A stretch of DNA of 63,110 nucleotides, filler included, from Hyphochytrium catenoides (taxonomy: Eukaryota; Protista; Hyphochytriomycota): the NCBI GenBank assembly GCA_900088475.1. It is 11 parts of 11 records of this genome, joined end to end, with 100 filler letters (N's around TTAATTAATTAA, not from the genome) between each part and the next. Parts side by side here need not be neighbours in the genome. Positions count along the whole stretch, not along the records: positions 1 to 1,888 come from FLMG01004365.1; positions 1,989 to 9,574 come from FLMG01001709.1; positions 9,675 to 15,102 come from FLMG01001158.1; 8 more parts are not named here. One strand, written 5' to 3'. Position 1 is the stretch's first letter; every line of letters starts with the position of its first letter. Below the pieces are notes generated by a model that searched no databases, was not told where the DNA came from, and was given only the letters and a program-made list of their open reading frames with translations. Both the position numbers and the translations under genes were made by a program. Below are positions 1-11,587 of the stretch, one piece after another.

Positions 1-125
1 CCAGACAATCTGCACTTCAGTTCATTGCGCTAGAGTGTTCTTTCCTAGGCTTCCTCTGTGCCTACCACTAGCGTACGAGAGAGACGAGTCTCGGAGGCAT
101 TTCGAGAGGCTCTAAACGCTACAAT

Positions 126-780
126 GCATCTCTTCCTCGCTTGTTCAAGTTGATTGAGACAAAATTTTTGATGCGTAAAGTGCATTTAGTGTCTGAAAAA
201 CGGGTAAAACAAAGCAGAAACATCATGATAAGCTGCATCTCTTCCTCTTTGGTTCAGGTACATCGAGGCGAAGATAAGCCTTACCTGACGCGTACAGACC
301 ATTCAAAGCAGTGATAAAAGGCAAAAAGAAATAAAGCAGAAAAATCGTGATATTCAGCATGCATCTCTTCCTCGCTTGTTCAAGTTGATTGAGACAAAAA
401 ATTGTGATGCGAAAAGGCCATTTAATGTCTGAAAAACGGGCAAAACAGAGCAGAAATACCATGATAAGCTGCATCTCTTCCTCTTTGACTTCGGGTGGAT
501 CGAGATAAAGTTTCCTGGTGCGTAAAAGGCGTTAATGCACTGAGATAAAGCAAGGTCCATTTTATAAAGCAGTGAAAAGAGGAAGAAAATAAAAGCAGAA
601 TACCAGATAATTCAGCCTCTCTTCCTCTTTGGTTCGAGTGGATCGACACAAAGATTCCTGATGCGGAAAGACCATTTAAAGCAGTGCCAAAAGGCAAAAA
701 AAAAGCAGCAAAATCATGATATTCAGCCTCCTTCTGCTCGAGTAGATCGAGACGAAGCTTTCTGATGAGTTAAGACCATC
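126..780. repeat. Imperfect tandem minisatellite, ~110-145 bp units with ~235 bp higher-order period
   Basis: The motif GCATCTCTTCCTC/GCCTCTCTTCCTC recurs at ~126, 235, 361, 471, 615 and 726. Units 1 and 3 are near identical (gcttgttcaagttgattgagacaaaa...). Confidence 0.85.
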
Positions 781-1191
781 TGTCTAATGCTTTGAAGAGA
801 GGCTAACCCTTACGCCCTCGTGGTTAGTCCTCCGTTTCTTAGATCTTTTTATGGTTATAACCTTATCTCTTCTTGTCCTTGCTTGGCTTTTCTTGGCTCC
901 GTTCCTACCAAAACATAACTAGACCGAAATCGCCCTATGCTATTGTTTGGTCTCTCTTCTCTTTCCATGTCTCTTCTCTGTCCTTGCCCCCATCTCTCTC
1001 TGCCTCTCTCTTTCTCTCATGTCTCTTCTTGTGGTTACTCTCTTCGCTTGATGTGAAGAGTGAGCGCTGTCCTTGTTCCCTTATCTCTCTCTCTCTCTCT
1101 CTCTCTCGTGTCTTTTCTGGTGGGCACTCTCTTCGCTTGATGTGAACTGTGAGCGCAAGAACAAGGATGAAGAAGAGAGAGAGAGGCAAGA

Positions 1192-1238
<47 letters not shown>

Positions 1239-1888
1239 AGAGAGAGAGAGCCGTTGCTGTTTCTTGAAGTGGTCCTTCCTTCTACCATTATTGATAACTA
1301 ATGTAAAAAGAGGATGCCCTACCTCACAGTACCGTTTTAATTCCTTTCAGCGCTTTTATAAAAGCAAGCTTATTACAGGATCTGCCAAAAATACTGGGCT
1401 GTATTTTCGGAATGAACCTATCGTTTTCCCATCCAAATCGAATTTCTTTCCTTACGACTGTTTGTATAATACAGAGGTGAAACCTATTCTTGAACTTTGA
1501 AAGATTCAATTTAAAGAGAAAGTATAGCCGTTACTGACCTGCTTCAGCTGATTATCAAAATCTCCATCGCCTCCCTGGCCCCCCCAAAGACCCACCACTT
1601 CCTGTTGTGCCAGAGATGGTTGTGGCCGTTCAAAACCTACTATTTCGCTTACTGTGAAGTTTGACTATTTCACATTTTGCAAGGATCATTATTTGAGAGA
1701 GAACATGTGAAGTATGGAGAACAATGTGAAGTTTGCCTGCATGATAGGTACAATTAGAGGTAAATATGTCAATCCCGTTATGTGAAATATGGTGGATGTG
1801 GGCTTCCTTCCCACCTGGCCAGCAACTGAACGCCTTCCTGGCATGTAGTTGGTGGGCGCTCCTTTGTCTCTCTTCTCTCTCTCTCTCT

Positions 1889-1988
1889 NNNNNNNNNNNN
1901 NNNNNNNNNNNNNNNNNNNNNNNNNNNNNNNNTTAATTAATTAANNNNNNNNNNNNNNNNNNNNNNNNNNNNNNNNNNNNNNNNNNNN
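1889..1988. other. Artificial scaffold-joining spacer (first of ten)
   Basis: N44-TTAATTAATTAA-N44, with stops in all frames. Identical spacers at 9575-9674, 15103-15202, 27950-28049, 32320-32419, 37515-37614, 43705-43804, 48319-48418, 49680-49779 and 61945-62044. Confidence 0.98.
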
Positions 1989-2365
1989 GAGAGAGAGAGA
2001 GAAAGAGAAAAAGAGAAAAAGAGAAAGAGAGAAAGAGAGAGAGAGAGAGAGAAGGTTTATTCCTCCGATTAGACAAGTAGGATGCAGTGAAATGGTATAG
2101 TTTGGGCAGAAGAGAGAAAAGGAGGGAGAAGAGGAAGCAAGGACGCAGAGATGGAGCCGAAAGAGATTCCCAGAACAAGGAGAGAGAGGACAGCTCCTCA
2201 TTCCCACTGAATGATGAGAAGAATGAGAGAGAGAGAGAGAGAGAGAGATAACAAGCGAGAATTTGGTCCAATTAATAGGTAATTGTAAGATAAGAGATAA
2301 GGAAGAGAGAGAGATCCTCACTCGTCATGAAGCGTATAGCTGTCTCTCCAACAGATCATGCATAC

Positions 2366-2689
2366 CTGCGTACTGGCTGGCTCTCTCTCTTCGTCTCTCT
2401 CCCTCTCTTCCACGTCAGATTCTTCTGATTTGACCTCCTCGCGCCCTGATCGCAGTCTTCTCCTCCGTCGATTCGGAGAGAGAGAGGAAGACGACCGCCC
2501 ATGTCCGTTGTAGGAGAAAAAGGAAGAGGAAGAAAGCTTAGCATGTTCCTCTTCCTTTCTCCTTCTCTCTTCTTTCTTCTCCTCCTCGCTGTCTCTGGCG
2601 TGAAGTTCCTCTTCTCTGTCGTCCTTTCTCTCTTCTTCTCTCCTTTCCCGGAAAGAAGATTGGCTCCAACTTGTCTTTCGTGTTGGCAT
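2366..2689 (-). CDS. Possible first exon of an unknown low-complexity (E/R/S-rich) protein
   Basis: ATG at 2689, open for 108 codons (MPTRKTSWSQ...EPASTQ) to a CAG|GTATGC donor. No recognisable domain, and the next exon could not be resolved. Confidence 0.3.
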
Positions 2690-3005
2690 AGTTAGGAGAA
2701 GAGAGAGAAAGAAGAGAAGCGAAGAGAGACAACGGAGAAAAGAGAGCAAGAGAGACGATGGAAGAGAGCTGGAGAGAGAGGAGAGAGTAGTGCCCTTGAC
2801 AGAGAGGATCTGAGCGCAGAGAAATGTCAGTGTCGGAGCGCGGATAGCAGCAGAATCGACTGTCTTCGCGTCTCGGCAAGAGCAAAGAGGGAGAAAAATT
2901 ATGAAAGAGATAGACAAGATACATTATAAAAGAGCAAGCGTGCGGCGAGAGAAAGAGAGATGCACTTCTCGCGTTGACAAGGAGAGACCAATAGAGCAGC
3001 ATAGG

Positions 3006-3038
<33 letters not shown>

Positions 3039-3369
3039 CGAGAGCGAGAGAGAGAGAGAGAGAGAGAAAGAGTGAGAGAGAGAGTAATAGGTAAGGGAGA
3101 AAAATGTTTGGGATAAACCTGTCTTTTCACAGAGCAGAGAAGCAACGGATAAACGAGTCGCTAACGGTGAGGAAAGAATGATGAATGACCGCTAACGTCC
3201 ACTAAGGATGGTTGTGGGGAGGAGCTCAGCTACCATCTATGACCGTCCCAAGCTCTCCATAGGAGATGAGGGATGAGGCGGAGAGAGGCAGAGGGAGAGA
3301 GAAAGAGAGAGATAATTGACAGAGAGTGAGCACACTAGTAGAAGAAGATGACGGTGAGAGAGAGTACAA

Positions 3370-3498
3370 GAAAGGAAACTCTGTCGGAAAATGAGAGAGA
3401 GAAAGAAAGGAAACTCTGTCGGAAGATGAGAGAGAGAAAGAAAGGAAACTCTGTCGGAAGATGAGAGAGAGAAGGAAAGGAAACCCTTTCGGAAGATG
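3370..3498. repeat. ~35-bp tandem repeat x4
   Basis: AAGGAAACTCTGTCGGAAGATGAGAGAGAGA-like units at ~3372, 3408, 3443 and 3477. Confidence 0.85.
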
Positions 3499-3816
3499 TG
3501 TTAAGCAGAAGACAATGGTCCAGAGTATTGATAAATCTTGGACAATTGTATGGGAAAGAGGAGGGCGACCAGTGACCCTTGACCGCCACCATTAGAAGAG
3601 AGAGTGATCGGCTAGAGAGACAGAGAGGTTGTGCAGGAGAGAGAATGAGCAGCAAGGAAAGATGAAGGGTGAGACAAAACCACGTATAGACAAGAGAGAC
3701 GGGATAATGCTGTGCAGCATCTCTATAAATAAGAGAGATAAGACGTCCAGCCATTTCTTCGACTCCGCTCTCTCTCTCAGGGAGACATCCCGGCTCTTCA
3801 TGACCTTTTGACTAGA

Positions 3817-5910
3817 TCACCCTCTCTTTTCAGCAAAGAGGTAAGAGAAGGCCAACATAACTGCTCCGATCAGAAGCGAGAAGAGAGAGAAGGCATTGGC
3901 CCAAGAGAGAGTGAAAAGGGTCCTCCGTATCCCGTTACTGTCTTGAGCAGAAGGCTTCAAAAGGCTTTCTATTACGTCCTTCCGCCGCCGCTCTGCCTCT
4001 TCCATGGATGCTGAAGATGGGATGGAAAAAAAAGCGACAAACAATGCCAGACAGTGAGTAGATGAGAGAGAGGAGATGGTTAGGAGATTGAGACTGTCAA
4101 AGGAGAGAGCAAAATGGTCGCGAGAGAAGAGGAAGGAGAGAGTCGACCACGACGAGCGGGAAGGGAGAGGAAGGTCAGGACTTACTTGGCCCCGTAGAAG
4201 ATGAACTAGGCTCTCTCTCCTTCTCGGGCAGCTTGATCTTATTCGCCCAAAGCTTTTTTTCTCTCTCTCTCTCCTCTCTCCGCGCAGCCTCTACTTGGGT
4301 AAGCAGCTGAAACGGAGAGAAGACGAGGCTTTGGTCATCACCTTTTGAAAAGGGCAAGCGGCTGCTAATATCTTGCTTACATCTCTTCCAATCTCTTTTA
4401 CTCTCTCTCTGTCTTTTCCCACTCGCTTTCTTTCTTACCTCTCGGATTTTCCTATCAGTGGGAGACATCTTCAGCGCCTGCTGAAGATCCTCTCGAGCTT
4501 CCTCCAGATTCCTCCGCAAGAGTTGCGCCCAGCCTCGGCGAAAGAGTGCCTATAACTCCGGAAAACCGTCATTCGGGTGTGTGCCGCCGGTCTCTGAAGA
4601 AGAAAGGGCATGGAGAAGAGGCACAATCGCGGAGTTTACCTTGTCATTCTTGGGCTCGATCTTCAAGGCTTTGCAGCAGTGGTCAAAAGCTTCCTTGGCG
4701 GGATCTAAAGTTTCCTCTCTCTCTCTTTCTTCTCTCTCTCTCTCTTCTTCTTCTCCTCTCTCTTCTTCTCTCTTTCTTGGGCTTTCTGTTTTACTCTTGC
4801 TCTCTCTCTCTCCATCTTCAGCTTCTTTCAGGAGACAGAGGGCGAGGTTGAGGTGAACAGGAAGAGCGACTGCGTTGACAGCGTCCCGGTGCTGCTGCTC
4901 CAGCTGTGGATATGTTAGGAGAATAAGAGACACCCAGAGTGAGACAAGAGAATAAAGAGAGAGAGAGAGAGAAAGAAAGAAAGAGAGAGAGAGAGAGAAG
5001 AACTCTGTCAAGGAAGGTCACCCGGCGGAGAGAAGGAAGACATTGAAGGAGAGAGAAAGAAGGAGTAAAGCAAGCAGAGCCAGGTTAACAAGCAAGAAAG
5101 GAATACGAGAAAGTAGGCGACAGAGAAGGAAGAGAAAAAGAGCAGAGAGAGGAAGAAAGAGGAGACTGGGAGAGAGAGAAATGAATATAAACGTGAGAGA
5201 AGGTTGAGAAAGAGAGTGAGGAAGAGAGAAAGACCTCAAATAGCCATGAAGCCTCATCAAATTCTAAGTGGAAGAGAGCTCTTCTATAAGCTGCCACTGC
5301 TCTCTCTCTCTCTTTCTTCTGAAAGAGTTGGTTCCCTGACTCCTTGAGCTCCTTTCCTGTCTCCACCCTTGACTCGAAAACATAAGACTTCTCCTATAGA
5401 GCCAGAGGCAAAAGAAACAGAGAGAGAGAGAGAGAGAGAGAGAGCGACACAGAGAGAGAAAACGCGCCCGAGCGAAAGAGGAGGAGAAAGAGACAACTGA
5501 GAGAAAATTTGATGGAAGTGGAAGGGAGAGGGGAGCGACGGGAAGAGACAGAGAGAGCGAAAAGCGCGCTGACCAGGAAAGGATTAAGTGGGAAAGGTAC
5601 CTACAAAGGCTGAGTCTCCCAGATTACCTACCGCCGGTATCTCTCTGTCCCTCTCCCTCGCAAAAGTTGCTTCTCTCTCTTTCTCTCTATTTTTGTCTCT
5701 CCCTTTATGGGTCTCCCTCTGTCATCGCTATAATGTTAGGTTGACCTCTCCCCTTTTATGGCACTACTTCTCTTGTCTTGCTGCCTCTCTGTCCCTCTTC
5801 TTCTTCTTTCTCTCTCTCTCTTTCTCTCTCTCTCTCTTGTCAAACATGGTTCATATCCTGACCTTCTTCAAGAGCTCCTCCAGCACCGCTTCCTCCTCCT
5901 CCCCTGCCAT
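3817..5910 (-). CDS. TPR-domain co-chaperone (FKBP/CyP40-type three-TPR clamp) with C-terminal transmembrane tail anchor
   Basis: Six phase-consistent GT-AG exons: 5910-5863, 5393-5235, 4903-4640, 4549-4439, 4306-4186, 4010-3817. Motifs: KESGNQLF...AVAAYRRAL, VHLNLALCLLK, CCKALKIEPKNDKALFRRG...AREDLQQALKMSP. Ends in the hydrophobic AFSLFSLLIGAVMLAFSYLF-AEKRG*. Confidence 0.85.
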
Positions 5911-6313
5911 CGCACCTCCGCCTTTGGCACCTGCAGGACTTCGAAAAGAGAGAGAGAGAGCTACTTCCCTGTCAGCTTGCTTCTCTCCCTTTTCACTCTC
6001 TCTTTTCCTCTCTCTCTTCTCTCCCGTCTTGCTCCTTCTCCGAACTAGCAACTGGGCTGGAGACGAATGGGGCTCTACCCCCAGAAGAGGCGGAAAGGGC
6101 AAGAGAGAGAGAGAAAGAGGATGGAGCAGGAACAGGCGCCGATGGCGCGGGAGGAAGGGAAGAAGAGAGACATTTTTCTGGGGAGAGAGGGAAAGATTTG
6201 AGAGAAAGAGGGAGAGAATCCAGGGGGGTTTCTGAAATTAATAACAGAAACCAAGCAAGAAAGGATTCTGATCTTTTCCTCTGCGCATGATCTTTTTGCC
6301 TCTGTTCTGTTCT

Positions 6314-6370
<57 letters not shown>

Positions 6371-6625
6371 CTCTCTCTCTCTCTCTCTGTTCCTGTTCTC
6401 TCTCTCTCTCTTCTGCTCTATCCCTCTCCCCCCTTCTCTGGTCTTTGCCTTCGACACTCGCTCTGTCTCTCCTTTCTCCCTTCCAGCAAGAGAAGAACCC
6501 GGACACCAGCGCGCCAAGGCAGGAGGGTGTCTCTCACAGATCGAAAGCTTCTTCCTCTCGTGCAAACGCGTCCAAGTTGAGCTAGAGAGAGAGAGACACA
6601 GAGACAGAGAAAGAGTTGAGAAAGA

Positions 6626-6670
<45 letters not shown>

Positions 6671-6700
6671 CGTAGCCGGAAAAGGTAGCTCTATCAGAGA

Positions 6701-6966
6701 ATGAAGGTCGTAGTGGCTGCTGGTCACACTTTCCTAGGTATGTCCGCGCTCAGAAATGCACTGAGAGATAATTCAGAACCCTCTCTCTCTCTTCTCTGTC
6801 CAACTTCTTTGTATGACTCTTCACTCCCTCTCTCCCTCTTTCTGTTGCCTCTCTCTCTCTCCCTCCCTTTCTCCCCTCAGGTAACCTTCGTGTCAGGTGA
6901 TCTTTGCTCTTCCTAGCACTAAAACCTGAGTTACTCTATCCCATCTTCGTGCACTTACTCAGTCTT

Positions 6967-7015
<49 letters not shown>

Positions 7016-7406
7016 CTCTCTCTCTCTCTCNNNNNNNNNNNNNNNNNNNNNNNNNNNNNNNNNNNNNNACTCAACATCATCGCCACGCCTCCTTCTCCCT
7101 CTTCTGAAGAGCTGAGAGAGAGACTGAAAGAGAGAACAGAGTCTTCTTCTTCTCCTTTCTCTCTTATCCTTCTCTCCGAGGAGCACTCTGAGGCCATTGC
7201 GGAAGAGAGAAGACTGCTTGAACTCGCTGCAGGAGAGAGAGTAGAGCACATTGTGAAGCTCTCAGGACTCCATGAACTGATAGGAAAGAACTCTTCCTCT
7301 GCGCACGGGCGCTCTCACGCGCTGGTGGAGGAGGCGCTGGAGAAGAGTCCCTTCCGGTACACGATCCTAAGGAGATCGATGCTCATGCAGGACATGCTTA
7401 GAGGTA

Positions 7407-7441
<35 letters not shown>

Positions 7442-8123
7442 GAGACAGAGAGAGAGAAAAGAAAATGGAAAAGATGGCGCAAGAGAAGAAAAGAGAGAAG
7501 TTAGGACTGTACTCTCCGAAGCAGAGGGCCCAAGAAATGGGAAAGAATGTGAGAAGACAAGAAAAGGAGAGAGAGGGAGAAAGCTTGTGCAAAGGAGAGA
7601 AAAGAGTAAGGAGGTCGGCTTGTAGAAGAAGAAGATAGAGCGGCTCGTTGTTTTTACGGAGACAGAGAAGGAAGAGGAAGAGAGGCATGTCGAGATCAAG
7701 GAGAGAAGAGGGAGAGTCATGGCGAGATCAAGGAGAGAGAGGGTGACTAGAGAGAGAGAGAGAAAGGAGAGAAAGAGAGAGAGAGGGAGAGAAAGAAAAA
7801 AAAGAGAGAGAGAGAGAGAGATGGGGGCAACGACCTGAAACCAAAGAGTTACGTTGAAGACTCAAGCCTTTGTCCTCCTCTTCCCCTCTTCCTACTTCCT
7901 TCCTTCCTTCTGTGTCTTTTCTCTCTCTTATCTCTCTATCTCTCTCCCCCCAATGTCTTCAGCCCCACTGAAGGATATGATACGCGGTAGACTGATCTCT
8001 GTCCCTCACAAGGGTGGCGCCATCTCCTTCTTGGACGTCGAGGATCTCTTCCAATGCGTGGAGGAAGTGCTGAAGAAGCCGCCAAAGGAGAACACATATA
8101 ACCTCACAGGACCAGGTCTAGTG

Positions 8124-8155
<32 letters not shown>

Positions 8156-8638
8156 TCTCCGTGCCGCTTGCCCTTTGGTTTGCTCCCTGTCTTGGTTATT
8201 TGACAATTTTATCCCTAAACAGTGAGGCTGTCGCCTTTCTTCTCATCTCCACCTCTCAATCCCCGCTGGAGTCTCTCTCTCTTTCTTTTCTCTCTTTCTT
8301 TCTTTACTCATTCTCTCTCTCTCCTGCTTTGATATCCATCAGAGGCAATCACATGGGCTCAAGTGGCGGAGACTCTGTCTCACATTCTAGGAGATCCTGT
8401 TCGCTATTCTCCGATTCCTCTCTTCACCCTGCAGCCCTCTCTTTGGATCAAAGGCGTGGATCCTGATGAGATCAACCTGCAGGTGCAGTTGGGCAAGTTA
8501 GTCGGAGGAGGAAGAGCGGCGACAGTGACCAAAGATGTGGAGAAGATCCTTGGCCGCCGTCCTCTCTCTTTTGAACACTTTGCGAAGAAACATAAGGAAG
8601 AGTGGCCGCGAGCAGAGACGAAGAATAACGATGACTAA
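6701..8638 (+). CDS. NmrA-like atypical SDR / NAD(P)-binding Rossmann protein
   Basis: Starts MKVVVAAGHTFLG. Exons 7069-7403 (VEHIVKLS...HALVEEALEKSPFRYTILR), 7963-8115 (ISFLDVEDL...TYNLTGP) and 8343-8638 (EAITWAQVAETLSHILGDPVRY...TKDVEKILGRRPLSFEHFA) are phase-consistent. The 5' part crosses an N gap. Confidence 0.85.
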
Positions 8639-9166
8639 GGAAAAGAAAAGAGGGAGAGAGGCAGAGAGGGAGAGAGAGAGTGAAAGAGAGTGAGACAGAG
8701 AACCAGTAAGCGGCACTGAGAAAGAGAGAAAGCCTTAACACCGCAGAACGTGCTTCAAGAATAGGAGAGAGGCGTAGAGCACGATCTTCGCATCAAAAGA
8801 GACAGGAAGAGAGTTGACTGGCAGGTGGGAGAGACGGAAGGAGGAATGACAGCGGAGGGAAAGCTTGAGACAATCCTCTCGCTAAATAAGCTTGCCTAAA
8901 CTGAGGAAGAGAGAGAAGACGGAGGAGACAACTCTGTTTAGCTGCTTATTCTATCCGTGACGAGAGAGAGACGACGGACAAACGGCTGCATGATAACCTA
9001 ATAATACGCTTACAACGCGCTTGGTGCGGGCCCTAGTGCAGAGACTCTTTTTTTCTGTACATCTGTGTTAATAGGACTCAACATTTGTGCATGTCTCTCT
9101 CTCTCTCTCCATGTTGTCTTCTCTCTCTGTTTCTCTCTTTCTCACTCTCTCTCTTCTCCTATCTTC

Positions 9167-9334
9167 TTAGCGGGCTGATGATGCTTCGGCGATGTAGGCG
9201 TCAGGGACGAAGGTGAGTCCCTGGATGTGCTCCTGTCTGGAGTCAACAGAGTCTAGCATCCGCCACTCTGGAGTGTCAGTCGGGGTCTGACTTAAATATT
9301 CGCGAGGGGCATAGCGGACATCCTCCTCGCTCGC
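9167..9334 (-). CDS. Probable terminal exon of an unidentified gene truncated by the scaffold end
   Basis: Pyrimidine tract plus CAG acceptor at 9336-9335, then the non-repetitive ASEEDVRYAPREYLSQTPTDTPEWRMLDSVDSRQEHIQGLTFVPDAYIAEASSAR*. Confidence 0.5.
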   Translation of the reverse strand, partial: ASEEDVRYAPREYLSQTPTDTPEWRMLDSVDSRQEHIQGLTFVPDAYIAEASSAR

Positions 9335-9840
9335 CTGGTATTGGGGAAGAGAGGAAGCGGGGAAAGAGACAGTCAGACGGAGGCCGACGTGAGAGAGGAA
9401 TAAGTGTGCGGGAAGAGCTACGATTGGAGAGAAAGGAAAACTGACAGACAGAAAGGGAGACAGAAGGTGAGACCAAAGCAAAGGAACCTCAAAAGGTTGA
9501 CGTTAGAAGAAGCTGATGGTTGGCAATGCAGGTACCTAGGCTAAGACAGAAGAGAGAGAGAGAGAGAGAGAGAGNNNNNNNNNNNNNNNNNNNNNNNNNN
9601 NNNNNNNNNNNNNNNNNNTTAATTAATTAANNNNNNNNNNNNNNNNNNNNNNNNNNNNNNNNNNNNNNNNNNNNTTTCCCTTTTTTAAAAAACACTCAGT
9701 CTCTCTCCGATTCACTTCTCTCACTCCTTGGTTTTCCCCACTCTCTCTTCTCCAAGCACTCTCTCTCTCTCTCTTGCCTTGCTCTTTCTCTCCTGTTTCT
9801 CTGCTGTTGCTACTTCTTGGCGGACTGTCCGGTCCTATAG

Positions 9841-10270
9841 AATGAAGATTTTCCTTTCCTTGGTGATCAAAAGTAAGTCCTCTGGTCAGGGACAGGAGAA
9901 CCCAGGGACGTACGGAAGGAGTAGATCAATGGAGGTAGGGGAAGAGAAGAAAGAGAAAAAGAGCTTGTGAAAGTAGAAGAGACAGTGATGATGAAGGAGA
10001 GACACGCGTGAGAGGTCTAGTAAGAGAGACAAACTCTCTTCTCTCACCAGGATGATGGAGGGGACAGAGGAAGGGAAAGTGCGAGACAGAGGAAGTGAAG
10101 AGAGACAGGGCCCAGGAGGACAAAGGGAGAGAGGCGGAGTTCAGTCCTCTACTTTTCCTCTGGAAGTGTTCTCTTCTCTCTCCTCGACATTCAAACTTGA
10201 AGTCTTCATTGAGAGCTTCGACCCAACGGGAAGGAGAAAGGTGACACAGTCTCTCTCCCTCTCTCTCTTC

Positions 10271-10322
<52 letters not shown>

Positions 10323-10792
10323 TTTGTTCTTTTCGCTCTTTCGCGCACACCCTCTCTCTTTCTAGATTTCTTTTCTCTGAAGAACCTAGAGCAGCACGAG
10401 AAGGTCACAAAAGGCTACTTTCTAAGACGCGATATTCTCTTCTCTCCTATTTCTCTCTTCCAATCCCTCGCTCTTTCTTTCTTCCCCCTTCTCTCTCTCT
10501 CTCTCTCTCTCTTTTTCTCCGCGCTTGTCCTCTCTTTCTCCTTCTCCTCTCTTCTCTCTTAGCTCCTCTCTACAAATCCTTAACACCTGCTATCGCCGTG
10601 GTGACTACTAGGAGAGAAAGTTAGAGACAGGAACGGATGTGGATGAGGAAGACACCCGGCAAAGAAGCTTTGTCTTCCAGTTTCTGGACTTCCCTCCGTT
10701 GCAAATTGACGTGACAGGCAAGCTCCCCACACTGAACTCTTTTCTTCCAGGTAAGCGCCGCTTCTTCCCTTATTCCCTCGAGCTGTTTCTCT

Positions 10793-10843
<51 letters not shown>

Positions 10844-11550
10844 GGTTATCCACCTCTTCTTCCGTCCACCTGCTGTCTTCCTTGCTCCATGTTTGTTGCC
10901 TCTCTTCCGCGCAACCCAGCTCTCTCCCTTTTTTTCCTCTCTCGTCTTCTCTTTCTCTCTTTCTCTTCCTCCTCTTCCCTCTCTCCTCGTCCTCTTCGAT
11001 CTCTCCTCTGTTGACAATTCTCTTCTCTCCACTTGAGATTAAGACTGTGCTTCTCTTCCATGTCCACGCAGCGAGGGATGCCGCGAAGCAAGAGAGAGGT
11101 TCGAAGCACCGGGAACGGGAAGAGAAAGAAGAAGAGAGGAAAGAGAAAGAGGACAAGAGAGAAGATGTTCTAGATACGCATGGAGAAGAAGGAGAGAAGG
11201 GAGAGGCAGAGAATGGCGAAGACATGGTTCCAATTTTACGGGGGAAGTCTTGCATCTTTGAATACAACGCCCACGATCTCCACCACACGCTCAGGAGCAG
11301 CCCTTCTCCTCTCGCTATGATGCTTGTCTCCTTCCCAACCAGCGGGGAAAGGGAAGAGACAGAAAGAGGAGAGCAGGTCCTGCTAGAAAAGGAAGATGAC
11401 GTCTTTTCTTTCCCAGCTCTGGAAGGATGCTGCTGCTACGAAATGAGCAGCTTCGCAGCACAGGTATGGGGGAGAGGAAGAGGGAAGAGAGAGAGAGAGA
11501 GAGAGAGAGNNNNNNNNNNNNNNNNNNNNNNNNNNNNNNNNNNNNNNNNN

Positions 11551-11587
<37 letters not shown>

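Noticed and set aside
126-780. CRISPR-like appearance of repeated motifs
   Set aside because: The intervening sequences are themselves homologous, the context is eukaryotic, and there are no cas genes.
1933-1944. Recurrent TTAATTAATTAA palindrome
   Set aside because: Artificial linker always centred in 100-nt N spacers; adjacency across these linkers has no biological meaning.
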